A stretch of DNA of 64,000 nt, taken from Thermoplasmata archaeon. GTDB lineage: Archaea; Thermoplasmatota; Thermoplasmata; Lutacidiplasmatales; UBA184. This document shows positions 48,482-58,112 of the stretch, piece after piece; within the stretch, counting starts at the first letter, position 1, and every line of letters begins with the position of its first letter. The position numbers were made by a program, and so were the translations under genes. Location: NCBI GenBank assembly GCA_049585415.1, contig JBAUZT010000019.1, forward strand, positions 10,152 through 74,151, written 5' to 3'. The notes under the pieces are model-generated. The model was not told the origin of the DNA, searched no databases, and saw nothing but the letters and a program-made list of their open reading frames with translations.

Positions 48482-48688
48482 TCAGCTGACGACGGCCTCG
48501 TCCACGACCACGGGGGTCGCTTCGGACGAGGCCGCCTGGCGCCGGGCACGCTCCCGTCGCAGCTCCCGGAGGTCTCGCTCGAGCCCGCGAAGCTCGACCG
48601 CGGCTCGCCGGACCCGGAGGCGCGCGATCCGCTCCAGGGTGGCGATCTCGCGGTCGAGGGCCTCGTCCGAACCCCGGAACGCGCTCAT
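48482..48688 (-). CDS. small coiled-coil protein (hypothetical)
   Basis: 68-aa Arg/Glu/Leu-rich helix. Could be noise. Confidence 0.2.
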   Translation of the reverse strand: MSAFRGSDEALDREIATLERIARLRVRRAAVELRGLERDLRELRRERARRQAASSEATPVVVDEAVVS

Positions 48689-50181
48689 TCGCCGCCGTCG
48701 TCCTCGATCTGCGCCTTCTGGAGCTTGGAGGAGAAGTCCACGAAGACGGTCTTGATCTCGGTGAACTCCTCGATCGCGACGCTGCCGGCCTCTCGGCCGC
48801 CGTTGCCGGTGTTCTTCACGCCCCCGAAGGGGAGCTGCACCTCGGCGCCGATCGTCGGGGCGTTGATGTACGTGATCCCCGCCTCGAGGTCATCCATCGC
48901 GCGGAACGCGCGGTTGACGTCCCGCGTGTAGATCGAGGAGGAGAGGCCGTACTCGACGTCGTTCGCGACGCGAACCGCTTCCTCGTAGCTCCGGACCTTG
49001 ATCACCGAGAGGACCGGCCCGAAGATCTCCTCCCTGGAGATCCGGGTTCCGTGCTTCGTCTCGAAGACCGTCGGAGCGATGAAGTACCCCCGATCGTAGG
49101 CGCCGCCGGTGAGCTTGTTCCCTCCGTAGCGGAGCGTCGCCTCCTTCTTGCCGATCTCGATGTACTCGAGGATCTTCTTCTCCTGGTCCGCGGACGCGAC
49201 CGGCCCCATCCCGGTTTTGGGGTCGAGGGGGTTTCCGACGCGGAACTGGTCGAGGCGCTTCGTCAATCGTCCGAGGAAATCGTCGTAGACGGCTTCGTGC
49301 ACGATCAGTCGGCTCGTTGCCGTGCACCGCTGCCCCGAGGTTCCGAACGCGCCGAACAGCACCCCATCGAGGGCGAGCGCGAGGTCGGCATCCTCCATCA
49401 GGATCACCGGGTTCTTGCCGCCGAGCTCGAGGTGGACCATCTTCAGTCCCTGCGCCCCGCGAACGTAGACCTCGCGTCCGGTCTCGACGCCGCCGGTGAA
49501 GGAGACGGTGCGTACTCGAGGGTCCGAGACCAGGGCGTTCCCGACGACGGACCCCGACCCCGTGACCAGGTTGAGCACCCCCGGTGGAATTCCGGCGTCC
49601 TCGTAGACCTTGACGACCTCGACCGCGCACCGGGCGGTGTTCGATGCGGGTTTGAAGACGATCGTGTTCCCCGAGATCAGGGCCGCCGCGATCTTCCAGT
49701 TCGGGATCGCGGTCGGGAAGTTCCAGGGGGTGATGCACGCGACGACCCCCTTCGGCTGTCGAATCGTGAGGCAGAATTTCGACCGGAGCTCCGAGGGTAC
49801 CGTCTCTCCGAACAGCCGGCGCCCTTCGCCCGCCATGTACTCGATGAAGTCGATCGCCTCCTGGACGTCGCCGAGCCCCTCGGCGATGACCTTGCCCATC
49901 TCCCGCGTGACGATCTTCCCGACCTCGGGCTTGCGTTCCTTGAGGAGCCGCGCGGCGGCAAGGAGAAGGTCGCCCCGCTTCGGCGCGGGGGTCCCTTTCC
50001 ATGCGGGAAACGCCTTCGCCGCAGCGGCGACCGCTCGGTCGACGTCCTTCGGGGTTCCGGAAACGAACGAGGCGATCGGCTCGCGGGTCGCGGGGTTGAC
50101 GGTCTCGAACCGCTTCGCGTTCGGCGGCGACGCCCACTTTCCGTCGATGAAGAGACCGAACTGCTCTACCTTGGACGCCAT
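48685..50181 (-). CDS. NAD(P)-dependent aldehyde dehydrogenase
   Basis: ALDH motifs (LELGGKNP, catalytic Cys in FGTSGQRCTATSRL). Start at MASKVEQFGLFIDGKW (50181). Confidence 0.85.
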   Translation of the reverse strand: MASKVEQFGLFIDGKWASPPNAKRFETVNPATREPIASFVSGTPKDVDRAVAAAAKAFPAWKGTPAPKRGDLLLAAARLLKERKPEVGKIVTREMGKVIAEGLGDVQEAIDFIEYMAGEGRRLFGETVPSELRSKFCLTIRQPKGVVACITPWNFPTAIPNWKIAAALISGNTIVFKPASNTARCAVEVVKVYEDAGIPPGVLNLVTGSGSVVGNALVSDPRVRTVSFTGGVETGREVYVRGAQGLKMVHLELGGKNPVILMEDADLALALDGVLFGAFGTSGQRCTATSRLIVHEAVYDDFLGRLTKRLDQFRVGNPLDPKTGMGPVASADQEKKILEYIEIGKKEATLRYGGNKLTGGAYDRGYFIAPTVFETKHGTRISREEIFGPVLSVIKVRSYEEAVRVANDVEYGLSSSIYTRDVNRAFRAMDDLEAGITYINAPTIGAEVQLPFGGVKNTGNGGREAGSVAIEEFTEIKTVFVDFSSKLQKAQIEDDGGE

Positions 50182-50311
50182 GGGCACCGGACCGAGGCGA
50201 ATCGACCGCAAGAGTAGATAGGGGTTTGCCGACCCGACCGCGTCTGAAGGAGATCGCCCGGCCGCGACGCGGGGGTAAAGACTTTCGCGAGAGGGGGCTA
50301 CCGGGAGAGTC

Positions 50312-51607
50312 GTGATCGACCTCGAGCTCGTGCGCAAGGAACCCGACCGGGTCCTCGCCAACCTCGAACGACGGAGGAACCCCGAGTACGGGCGACTCTT
50401 CGCGGAGGCGCGGGCGAAGGACGCGGAATGGCGTGCGGCGCTGGTCGATGCCGACCGCCTGCGGAAGCGCCGCAACGAGTTGAGCCATCAGATCGCGGAG
50501 GAACGCAAGAAGGGCGCTCCCTCCCCCGCGCTGGACGCCGAGGCGAAGGAGATCCCCGACGCCCTCCGGGCGATCGAGGCGCGGGAGACCGAGCTGCGCG
50601 CCGCCCGGGACGCGCTCGCTCGACGATTGCCGAACCTCATCGACGACTCCGTGCCGTACGGGAAGGACGACTCCGAGAACGTGGTGGTCGCGACGTGGGG
50701 CACCCCCGGCGCCGCCCGGCCCGACCTCCTTCCCCACGGCGAGGTGCTCGAGCGTCTCGGGATGGCCGAGTTCGACCGGGCTCGGCGCTCGAGCGGCGCC
50801 GGATTCTACTACCTTCGAGGCTCCGCCGTGCTGCTTGACCTCGCGCTCCAGCGGTTCGCCCTCGACCTGCTGATGGGCCGCGGGTTCACGCCGGTCGCGC
50901 CCCCCGACATGCTCCGTCGTGGGCCGTACGAAGGGGTCACCGACCTCGCGGACTTCGAGAACGTCATGTACAAGGTCGAAGGGGAGGACCTCTACCTCAT
51001 CGCCACCAGCGAGCACCCGCTCGCGGCGCTTTACGCGGGCGAGATTCTCGACGAGGACCGGCTCCCGATGCGGCTCGCCGGGGTGAGCGCCTGCTTCCGA
51101 AAGGAGATCGGGGGCCACGGCGTCGACCAGAAAGGGATCTTCCGAGTGCACCAGTTCCAGAAGGTCGAACAGTTTGTCTTCGCCCGTCCCGAGGAGTCGC
51201 CGACGATCCACGAGGAGCTCCGGGCGAACGCCGAGGAGGTGTTCCGCCGGCTCGAGATCCCGTACCGCGTGGTCAACGTATGCACCGGCGACGTGGGAAC
51301 GGTCGCGTCGAAGAAGTACGACATCGAGGCGTGGTTCCCCCGCCAGCAGGCGTACCGGGAAGTCGTGAGCTGTTCGAACTGCACCGACTATCAGGCACGA
51401 CGCCTCGGGATCCGCCTCGGCAAAGCCGGTAAACCGGGAAAGCGGGTGCCGCACACGCTGAACTCGACCGCGGTCGCCACGTCCCGCGCGATCGCCGTCA
51501 TCGTCGAGCAGTACCAGCAGCCGGACGGCTCGGTCGGCGTGCCCGAGGTCCTGCGACCGTACCTCGGAGGGCTCGCCGCGCTGACCCCCGAGAGCCCCAC
51601 CCACTGA
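50312..51607 (+). CDS. serS: seryl-tRNA synthetase
   Basis: N-terminal coiled-coil arm plus class II core motifs (FRKEIGGHG, RVVNVCTGDVG). GTG start. Confidence 0.9.
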   Translation: MIDLELVRKEPDRVLANLERRRNPEYGRLFAEARAKDAEWRAALVDADRLRKRRNELSHQIAEERKKGAPSPALDAEAKEIPDALRAIEARETELRAARDALARRLPNLIDDSVPYGKDDSENVVVATWGTPGAARPDLLPHGEVLERLGMAEFDRARRSSGAGFYYLRGSAVLLDLALQRFALDLLMGRGFTPVAPPDMLRRGPYEGVTDLADFENVMYKVEGEDLYLIATSEHPLAALYAGEILDEDRLPMRLAGVSACFRKEIGGHGVDQKGIFRVHQFQKVEQFVFARPEESPTIHEELRANAEEVFRRLEIPYRVVNVCTGDVGTVASKKYDIEAWFPRQQAYREVVSCSNCTDYQARRLGIRLGKAGKPGKRVPHTLNSTAVATSRAIAVIVEQYQQPDGSVGVPEVLRPYLGGLAALTPESPTH

Positions 51608-51631
51608 ACCGAGATCCCCAAGGAGGTCGAG

Positions 51632-53368
51632 GTGGGCCGACAACGACTCCTCGACGATTTTGGGACCGTCGGCCCTTCCGTCGCCGAGACGCCGTTCGCC
51701 CCACCGACGCGGGCCCATCCCGACCCGTTGCCGGGGGTCTGGCGCGTCTCCCAAGGGCACGTCGAGCATCCCTTCCTCACCCCGGGAGTCGTCCGGGCCC
51801 TCCCGTTTCAGCTTGACCTCGCCCGGATCGGGCTCGACGAGGACCTGTTGGTCGTCCTCCCGACGGGGCTCGGCAAGACGGTGATCGCCGCGTTGTTGGC
51901 TGCCGAGATCCTTCGACGGTCCTCCGGCAAGATTCTGTTCCTCGCCCCGACCCGTCCCCTCGTCCAGCAGCACGCCGACTCGTTCGCCCGGTGGCTTTCC
52001 CCGATGCGCTCCGCCCGGTTCACCGGGACGGTGCGCCGACCGGTCCGGGAGGGGAGCTGGGAGACCGCGGACCTCGTCTTCGCGACACCGGAGATCGTCC
52101 GCAACGACCTCGCCGCCGGTCGCTACCGGCTCGGGGAGGTCGCGCTCATCGTCTTCGACGAAGCGCACCACGCGGTCGGGAAGTACGCCTACGTGCCGAT
52201 CGCCGAGCAGTATCGGGTGGAACGACCTCGGGACGGACGGGTCCTCGGTCTGACCGCCTCGCCCGGTGGAAAGGACGAGCGGATCGAGGAGGTCGTCGGG
52301 GCTCTCGGGGTCCAGCGGATCGAGGCGCGCTCCCGCGAGGACCCCGGGGTCGTCGAGTACGTGCAGCCGACCGAGGTCGAGCTCCGTTGGGTGGACCTCC
52401 CTCCCGAGTCGACCCGCATCCGGGAGATGCTCGCGAGCGCCGCGCACGCGACGGCACGCAAGTTGCAGAAGATGGGCTACCTGAGGAAGAAGCCGATCGG
52501 CTCGCTCTCGGTCAAAGACCTGATCGCGCTACGGGCGGAGATCTTCGCCCGGCCCGGACCGATGGTCCGTCGATTCGGCCCGCTCTTCCATCAGTTGGTC
52601 CTCCTGCATCTCCATCACGCGCAGGAGCGCCTCGAGACCCAGGGCCTCGACCCCTTCCTCCAGTACCTCGGCCGCGTCGAGGGAAAGGAGAAACCGAGCC
52701 GTGGCGACCTCGCGTTCCTGAAGCTCCCCGAGGTGGTGCAGGCCCGCGCCGAAGCGAAAGAGTTCCTCCGATCGACGAAGGAGCCGTCACACCCGAAGTT
52801 CGATGCGCTGGTCGAGCTCGTCCAGGAGACCCTCGCGCGCTCCCAGGACCATCCTCCCCGCGTGCTCGTCTTTGCCCAGTACCGCGACACGATCCAGGGC
52901 ATCCAGACGATGCTCGAGCTCCAGGGGTGGACCGTGGGTCGATTCGTGGGCCAGGCGACCCGCGACGCCGACGACAAGGGGATGAACCAGAAGGAACAGG
53001 GGCGGGTCCTCCAGGGATTCCGCGACGGCCGTTTCCCCATCCTGGTCGCGAGCAGCGTCGCCGAAGAAGGTCTCGACGTCCCGGATGTCGACCTCGTGGT
53101 CTTCTTCGAGTCGGTCCCGAGCGAGATCCGGGCGATCCAGCGTCGGGGGCGAACGGGCCGCACGTCGCTCGGTCGGGTCGCCGTCCTGTTGACGCGGGAG
53201 ACCAGGGACGTTCAGTACCAGACCGCCGAAGTGCGACGGGAGAAGGCGATGAAACGGATCGTCCGCCGTCTCTCGTCCGAGGCCCGGAATCGGAGCCGGG
53301 TCCCCTCGGAGGACGGGGGGTCGGGGCCCGACGCACCTTCGCGCGGCCGCCCCAAATCCGGCAAATAA
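51632..53368 (+). CDS. hef: Hef/FANCM-like superfamily-2 helicase (helicase domains only, no ERCC4 nuclease)
   Basis: Motif I VLPTGLGKT, II FDEAHHAVG, III TASPG, VI QRRGRTGR. At 578 aa it stops before any nuclease/HhH2 region. Confidence 0.8.
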   Translation: MGRQRLLDDFGTVGPSVAETPFAPPTRAHPDPLPGVWRVSQGHVEHPFLTPGVVRALPFQLDLARIGLDEDLLVVLPTGLGKTVIAALLAAEILRRSSGKILFLAPTRPLVQQHADSFARWLSPMRSARFTGTVRRPVREGSWETADLVFATPEIVRNDLAAGRYRLGEVALIVFDEAHHAVGKYAYVPIAEQYRVERPRDGRVLGLTASPGGKDERIEEVVGALGVQRIEARSREDPGVVEYVQPTEVELRWVDLPPESTRIREMLASAAHATARKLQKMGYLRKKPIGSLSVKDLIALRAEIFARPGPMVRRFGPLFHQLVLLHLHHAQERLETQGLDPFLQYLGRVEGKEKPSRGDLAFLKLPEVVQARAEAKEFLRSTKEPSHPKFDALVELVQETLARSQDHPPRVLVFAQYRDTIQGIQTMLELQGWTVGRFVGQATRDADDKGMNQKEQGRVLQGFRDGRFPILVASSVAEEGLDVPDVDLVVFFESVPSEIRAIQRRGRTGRTSLGRVAVLLTRETRDVQYQTAEVRREKAMKRIVRRLSSEARNRSRVPSEDGGSGPDAPSRGRPKSGK

Positions 53369-53410
53369 ATCTTCCGACTACGTGCTAGTACTTGCCCGTC
53401 CGTCGGCGAG

Positions 53411-53420
53411 GCTAAATAAC
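53411..53420 (+). promoter_or_regulatory. putative TATA box (GCTAAATAAC) for the kdpFABC operon
   Basis: The only AT-rich element in the 83-bp intergenic region, about 35 nt upstream of the kdpF ATG. Confidence 0.3.
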
Positions 53421-53451
53421 CGCCTCCGGGTCGCACCTCGCCAAGGTATCG

Positions 53452-53565
53452 ATGGGCCCGGTTGCCGCGCTCGCTCAGAACCTCGGACTGGTGACGCTGA
53501 CGGCCATCGCCATTGGCCTCGGGATCTACCTGCTCTACGTCATGATCCACCCTGAGAAGTTCTGA
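53452..53565 (+). CDS. kdpF: K+-transporting ATPase subunit F (KdpF)
   Basis: A 37-aa single-TM peptide MGPVAALAQNLGLVTLTAIAIGLGIYLLYVMIHPEKF resembling the KdpF consensus (...YLVYALINAEAF). Sits immediately upstream of kdpA and was too short for the ORF track. Confidence 0.55.
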   Translation: MGPVAALAQNLGLVTLTAIAIGLGIYLLYVMIHPEKF

Positions 53566-53580
53566 GGGGGCTCGTCACCC

Positions 53581-55281
53581 GTGGTCGCCCTCCAGTCCCT
53601 GTGGGACATTATCGTCGTCTTCGCGCTCGTCATGGCAGTCGCCCCGTGGTTCGGTGAGTACCTCGGCCGCGTCTACATGAATCGCCCCGCGTTCGGCGAC
53701 GTGATCCTCGCGCCGATCGAACGGGCCATCTACCGGATCCTCGGGACGTCCCCGCGACGCCAGATGCGCCCGAAGGAGTACATGATCGCCCTGCTCCTCG
53801 TGAACGCCTCGGTTTTCGCGTTCCTCTATGTCTATTTCTTCTTCCAAGCGGGGCTCCCGCTCAACGCCACCGTCACTCCGAACATGACGTGGGACCTCGC
53901 GTTCCACTCCGCCGCGAGCTTCACGACGAACACCGACTTCACCCACTTCACCAACGAGTCCCAGATGAGCATGGGTGCGGAGCTCATCGCCTGGCAGCTC
54001 GCCCTGTTCACGTCGGCCGCGACCGGCCTCTCCGCGGCGGCCGCGATGATCCGTGGGTTCGTCCGGAAGGACGGGACCCTCGGCAACTTCTACGTCGACA
54101 TGGTCCGGACCATCACCCGGGTCCTCCTCCCCCTCTCGGTCCTGTTCGCGGTCATTCTCGTGATCTTCGGCGTCCCTCAGACGTTCACGAATTACGTGCT
54201 CGCGCACCCGTTGACCGGCGGGACCCAGACGATCTACCTCGGACCCGTCGCGACGTTCCAGTCGATGTCCCTTCTCGGCACCAACGGGGGCGGCTGGTAC
54301 AGTGCGAACGCGTCCTCGCCTCTCGCCAACCCGTCCGCGCTCTCGAACCTGTTCCTGATCGGCGTGATGATGCTGATCCCGTTCTCCACCCCGTTCGCCT
54401 TCTCGACGATGATCCGCCGGAAGGGCGAGGCGTGGCCGTACGTCGGAACGATCCTGGTCATCATCGTCGTGGCGCTCGGGCTGTTCATCGCCTACCAGGC
54501 GGCGATGAACCCCGCCCTCGCGAGCGTCGCGAACCTCGGGGCGTCCACCAACGGCTACCCGGTGGGCCAGGAGACCCGGTTCAGCCTGCCCGAAGCGTCG
54601 ATGTTCCAGGTGATCAGCGTCTACTCGAACGTCGGCGCGAACAACATGGCGATCGGCGCGGTCTCCCCGGTCGCCCAGATGGTCCTCCTGTTCGGCATGT
54701 TCACCCAGAGCACGCCGGGAGGGGAGGGGACCGGCTTTGGCACGCTGCTCCTCTTCGCGGTCCTCGCGATCTTCATCGCGGGCCTCATGGTCGGGCGGAC
54801 CCCGGAGTATCTCGGGAAGAAGATCGAGACGAGCCATGTGAAGTGGGCCGCGCTCGCGCTCCTCATCCATCCCGCGATCATCCTCATTCCGTTCTCGGTC
54901 GGGGTGTTAGTGGGGGCTCCCGGGATCGGTCCCGCGACGATCCATGCCTCGGCGCACAACTTCACGTCCGTCCTCTATGAGCTGACCAGCGAGGCGGCCA
55001 ACAATGGGAGCGCGCTTTCGAGCGCGTCGTTCAACGACACAACGCCGTTCTGGAACGTCACCGGGGCCCTCGTGATGCTGATCGGTCGGTTCGTCCCGAT
55101 CTGGGCGATGCTCCAGGTCGCCGGCATCTTCGCGAACGAGTCCGAGAAGCCCCCGAGCGCCGGCACGCTGCGAACGGCCAGTACGACCTTCACGATCTAC
55201 CTCATCCTGATCCTTGTGATCATCTCGGCCCTCCTCTTCCTCCCCGTCCTCGCACTGGGCCCGCTGGCCCAGATCATCTAG
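53581..55281 (+). CDS. kdpA: K+-transporting ATPase subunit A
   Basis: 566-aa polytopic protein with KdpA selectivity-filter-like repeats (NTDFTHFTNES, LGTNGGG). Confidence 0.9.
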   Translation: MVALQSLWDIIVVFALVMAVAPWFGEYLGRVYMNRPAFGDVILAPIERAIYRILGTSPRRQMRPKEYMIALLLVNASVFAFLYVYFFFQAGLPLNATVTPNMTWDLAFHSAASFTTNTDFTHFTNESQMSMGAELIAWQLALFTSAATGLSAAAAMIRGFVRKDGTLGNFYVDMVRTITRVLLPLSVLFAVILVIFGVPQTFTNYVLAHPLTGGTQTIYLGPVATFQSMSLLGTNGGGWYSANASSPLANPSALSNLFLIGVMMLIPFSTPFAFSTMIRRKGEAWPYVGTILVIIVVALGLFIAYQAAMNPALASVANLGASTNGYPVGQETRFSLPEASMFQVISVYSNVGANNMAIGAVSPVAQMVLLFGMFTQSTPGGEGTGFGTLLLFAVLAIFIAGLMVGRTPEYLGKKIETSHVKWAALALLIHPAIILIPFSVGVLVGAPGIGPATIHASAHNFTSVLYELTSEAANNGSALSSASFNDTTPFWNVTGALVMLIGRFVPIWAMLQVAGIFANESEKPPSAGTLRTASTTFTIYLILILVIISALLFLPVLALGPLAQII

Positions 55282-55291
55282 GGAGGGGGCG

Positions 55292-57427
55292 ATGCCGGAG
55301 ATGGATGCGGCGGCGCCGGGGGAACAGGTCTCGGTCCGGCGGGTCCCCCACACTTCCTGGCGCCGCGTGCTGGTCGATTCGTTCGTGAAGTTCGACCCCC
55401 GGCGCGAGATCCACAACCCGATGATGTTCGTCGTCTGGGTGCTGTTCGTCTATCTCATCGTGCTCACGCTGTTCCCGCACGCCTTCCCCGACATCGCCCG
55501 GTTCTACAATCCCAACTTTTACCTCACGGTCACGACCATCCTGTTCCTCACGCTCTGGTTCGCGCACGTCTCCGAGGCGATCGCGGAGGCGCAGGGGCGA
55601 GCGCAGGCCGATAGCCTCCGGGAGATCCGCAGCGGGATCCGGGCACGCCAGGTGCGCCCCGACGGCACGCTCCAATGGGTCCCCGCCGACGTGCTCCACA
55701 TCGGCGACACGGTCGAGATCCACGCGGGCGAGCCCGTCCCGATCGACGGCGACGTCATCCGGGGCGCGGCGCAGATCGACGAGTCGATGATGACCGGCGA
55801 GTCGGCCGCGGTCCTCCGGGAGAGCGGAGGCGACAAGACGAGCGTCCTGGGCGGCGCCCGGGTCGTCCAGGGGACGATCAAGGTTCGGGTGAGCGCCGAG
55901 CGAGGAGAGTCGTTCCTCGACCGGCTCATCCGGCTCGTGGAGGGCCAGGAGCGCGAACCGACACCGAACGAGCTCGCGCTCGCGGTCTTCCTCGCCGCGC
56001 TCACGATCGCGCTCTTCACGGTCGTGGTCACGTTCCTCTACCTCGCGAACTTCACCGACATCGTCGCGATCGACCTCGCAACGATCGTCGCGCTGTTCGT
56101 CTGTCTCATGCCGACGACGATCGGGGCGCTCCTTCCCGCGATCGGGATCTCGGGGATCAACCGGGTCGCCCGGACCAACGTGATCGCCAAATCGGGCAAG
56201 GCGGTGGAAGCGGCCGGCGACCTCGACACCCTGATCCTCGACAAGACGGGCACGATCACCATCGGGAACCGGCTGGCCGTCCAGTTCGTCGCCGCTCCCG
56301 AGGTCCCGATGGCGACCCTCGTGGAGGGGGCGATGCTCGCCTCGACCCTCGACGATACGCCGGAGGGCAAATCGATCGTCCGCCTCGCGGCACGCTCCCC
56401 CTCTCCGGTACGCCGGATCGAGCAGGGGAGCTTCAAGGTCCTGCCGTTCACCGCGGAGCGGAGGATGAGCGGCATCGTCCTCGCGGACGGTACCGAGTTC
56501 TACAAGGGGTCGATCCAAGCGATCGAAGCGTACGGGGCGACCCTGCCGGTCGCGCTCCGCAGGAGCGCAGCGGAAGCGTCGCGCCAGGGGATGACGCCCC
56601 TCGCGATCTCCGTGAACAAGCGGACGGTCGGGCTCGTCTTCCTCAAGGACGTCGTGAAGCCGGGGATCAGGGACCGGATCCACGAACTGAAGCTGATGGG
56701 GATACACACGGTCATGTGCACCGGCGACAACCGTCTCACCGCCGCGGCAATCGCTCAGGAGAGCGGCGTCGACGATTTCATCGCGGAAGCGAAACCCGAG
56801 ACGAAACTCACGATCATCGAGAAGGAGAAGGCCGAGGGCCGTCTTGTCGCGATGAGCGGGGACGGCACGAACGACGCGCCGGCGCTCGCCCGAGCGGATG
56901 TCGGGCTCGCGATGAACAACGGGACGAGCGCCGCGAAAGAGGCTGGCAACATGGTCGACCTCGACAACGACCCCACGAAGCTGATCGAGATCGTCTCGAT
57001 CGGCAAACAGCTGCTGATCACCCGAGGAGCCCTCACGACCTTCTCGATCACGAACGACGTCGCGAAGTACTTCGCGATCATCCCGGCGATCTTCGTCGCG
57101 TCCGGTGCGGTCGCACTCCCGGGGGTCAGCATCCTGAACGTGCTCGGGCTCACGAACCCCTCGCTCGCGGTCCTCTCCACGCTCCTGTTCAACGCGCTGA
57201 TCATCCCGCTGCTCATCCCGCTCGCCCTCGCAGGAGTTCCGTTCCACCCCCGTCCGGCGATCGACCTTCTCCGCCGGAACCTCGTCTACTACGGCTTCGG
57301 TGGGCTCGTGAGCGCGTTCATCGGGATCAAGCTGATCTATCTGCTGCTCGCCTGGCTCAGCGGCCTCGGCTGGGTCCAGGGGATGGGCGTAGCGGTGTCG
57401 CATTACCTCCCGCTGGGGTTCCTATGA
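55292..57427 (+). CDS. kdpB: K+-transporting P-type ATPase subunit B
   Basis: DKTGTIT phosphorylation motif, TGDN, GDGTNDAPAL. Confidence 0.9.
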   Translation: MPEMDAAAPGEQVSVRRVPHTSWRRVLVDSFVKFDPRREIHNPMMFVVWVLFVYLIVLTLFPHAFPDIARFYNPNFYLTVTTILFLTLWFAHVSEAIAEAQGRAQADSLREIRSGIRARQVRPDGTLQWVPADVLHIGDTVEIHAGEPVPIDGDVIRGAAQIDESMMTGESAAVLRESGGDKTSVLGGARVVQGTIKVRVSAERGESFLDRLIRLVEGQEREPTPNELALAVFLAALTIALFTVVVTFLYLANFTDIVAIDLATIVALFVCLMPTTIGALLPAIGISGINRVARTNVIAKSGKAVEAAGDLDTLILDKTGTITIGNRLAVQFVAAPEVPMATLVEGAMLASTLDDTPEGKSIVRLAARSPSPVRRIEQGSFKVLPFTAERRMSGIVLADGTEFYKGSIQAIEAYGATLPVALRRSAAEASRQGMTPLAISVNKRTVGLVFLKDVVKPGIRDRIHELKLMGIHTVMCTGDNRLTAAAIAQESGVDDFIAEAKPETKLTIIEKEKAEGRLVAMSGDGTNDAPALARADVGLAMNNGTSAAKEAGNMVDLDNDPTKLIEIVSIGKQLLITRGALTTFSITNDVAKYFAIIPAIFVASGAVALPGVSILNVLGLTNPSLAVLSTLLFNALIIPLLIPLALAGVPFHPRPAIDLLRRNLVYYGFGGLVSAFIGIKLIYLLLAWLSGLGWVQGMGVAVSHYLPLGFL

Positions 57428-58110
57428 GTGCTCCATCGACCCCCACCCCGCCGACCCGGTCGGCCGCTCCCGCTGCCCTGTCCGCCGGGCCGCCCTCCAC
57501 CCCCTCGAAGCTGGCCGCCCCTCCTCCTCCACCGGCGCACAGCCTCGCTGGGCATCTCCGGGCGACCGCCCTCTTTATCGTCCTCACCTTGCTCGTCTCG
57601 GCGTTCGGCTATCCGCTGTTCGTGACGGGGATCGCGCAGGTGATCGAACCCGCGAGCGCGAACGGTTCGCTCCTGAAGGACCCGAACGGCACGATCATCG
57701 GCTCCTCGCTGATCGCCCAGAACACGAGCGCTCCCTACCTGTTTTGGGAACGCCCGTCCCCGACCGATTACAATACCACCGACGGGATGGTCACCCCGTA
57801 CGGTGCGACCGACCCCGCATTACTGAACGAAACGCTTGCCTACATGGCGCAGTATGGGAACTTCACGGTGAACGCGACCCTCCCGTTCTGGCTCGTGTCG
57901 CAGTCGGGGTCCTCGATCGACCCGGACCTCACGCCGGAGGCGGTGCTCGTCCAGGTACCCCGGGTCGCCCACTACGGGAACGTCACCCAGGAGTGGCTCA
58001 CCGGGTTCGTGAACGACCACATCACCGAGCCCCCCATCCCCTACCTCGGCGTTCCGTACGTCGACGTTCTGCAGCTGGACATCGACCTCTTGCCCTACAT
58101 CGGACGGTGA
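57424..58110 (+). CDS. kdpC: K+-transporting ATPase subunit C
   Basis: KdpC signature (single TM, then LFVTGIAQVIEPASANGSL...GSSLIAQ). Overlaps the kdpB stop. Has an N-terminal Pro-rich extension. Confidence 0.8.
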   Translation: MSAPSTPTPPTRSAAPAALSAGPPSTPSKLAAPPPPPAHSLAGHLRATALFIVLTLLVSAFGYPLFVTGIAQVIEPASANGSLLKDPNGTIIGSSLIAQNTSAPYLFWERPSPTDYNTTDGMVTPYGATDPALLNETLAYMAQYGNFTVNATLPFWLVSQSGSSIDPDLTPEAVLVQVPRVAHYGNVTQEWLTGFVNDHITEPPIPYLGVPYVDVLQLDIDLLPYIGR

Positions 58111-58112
58111 GC

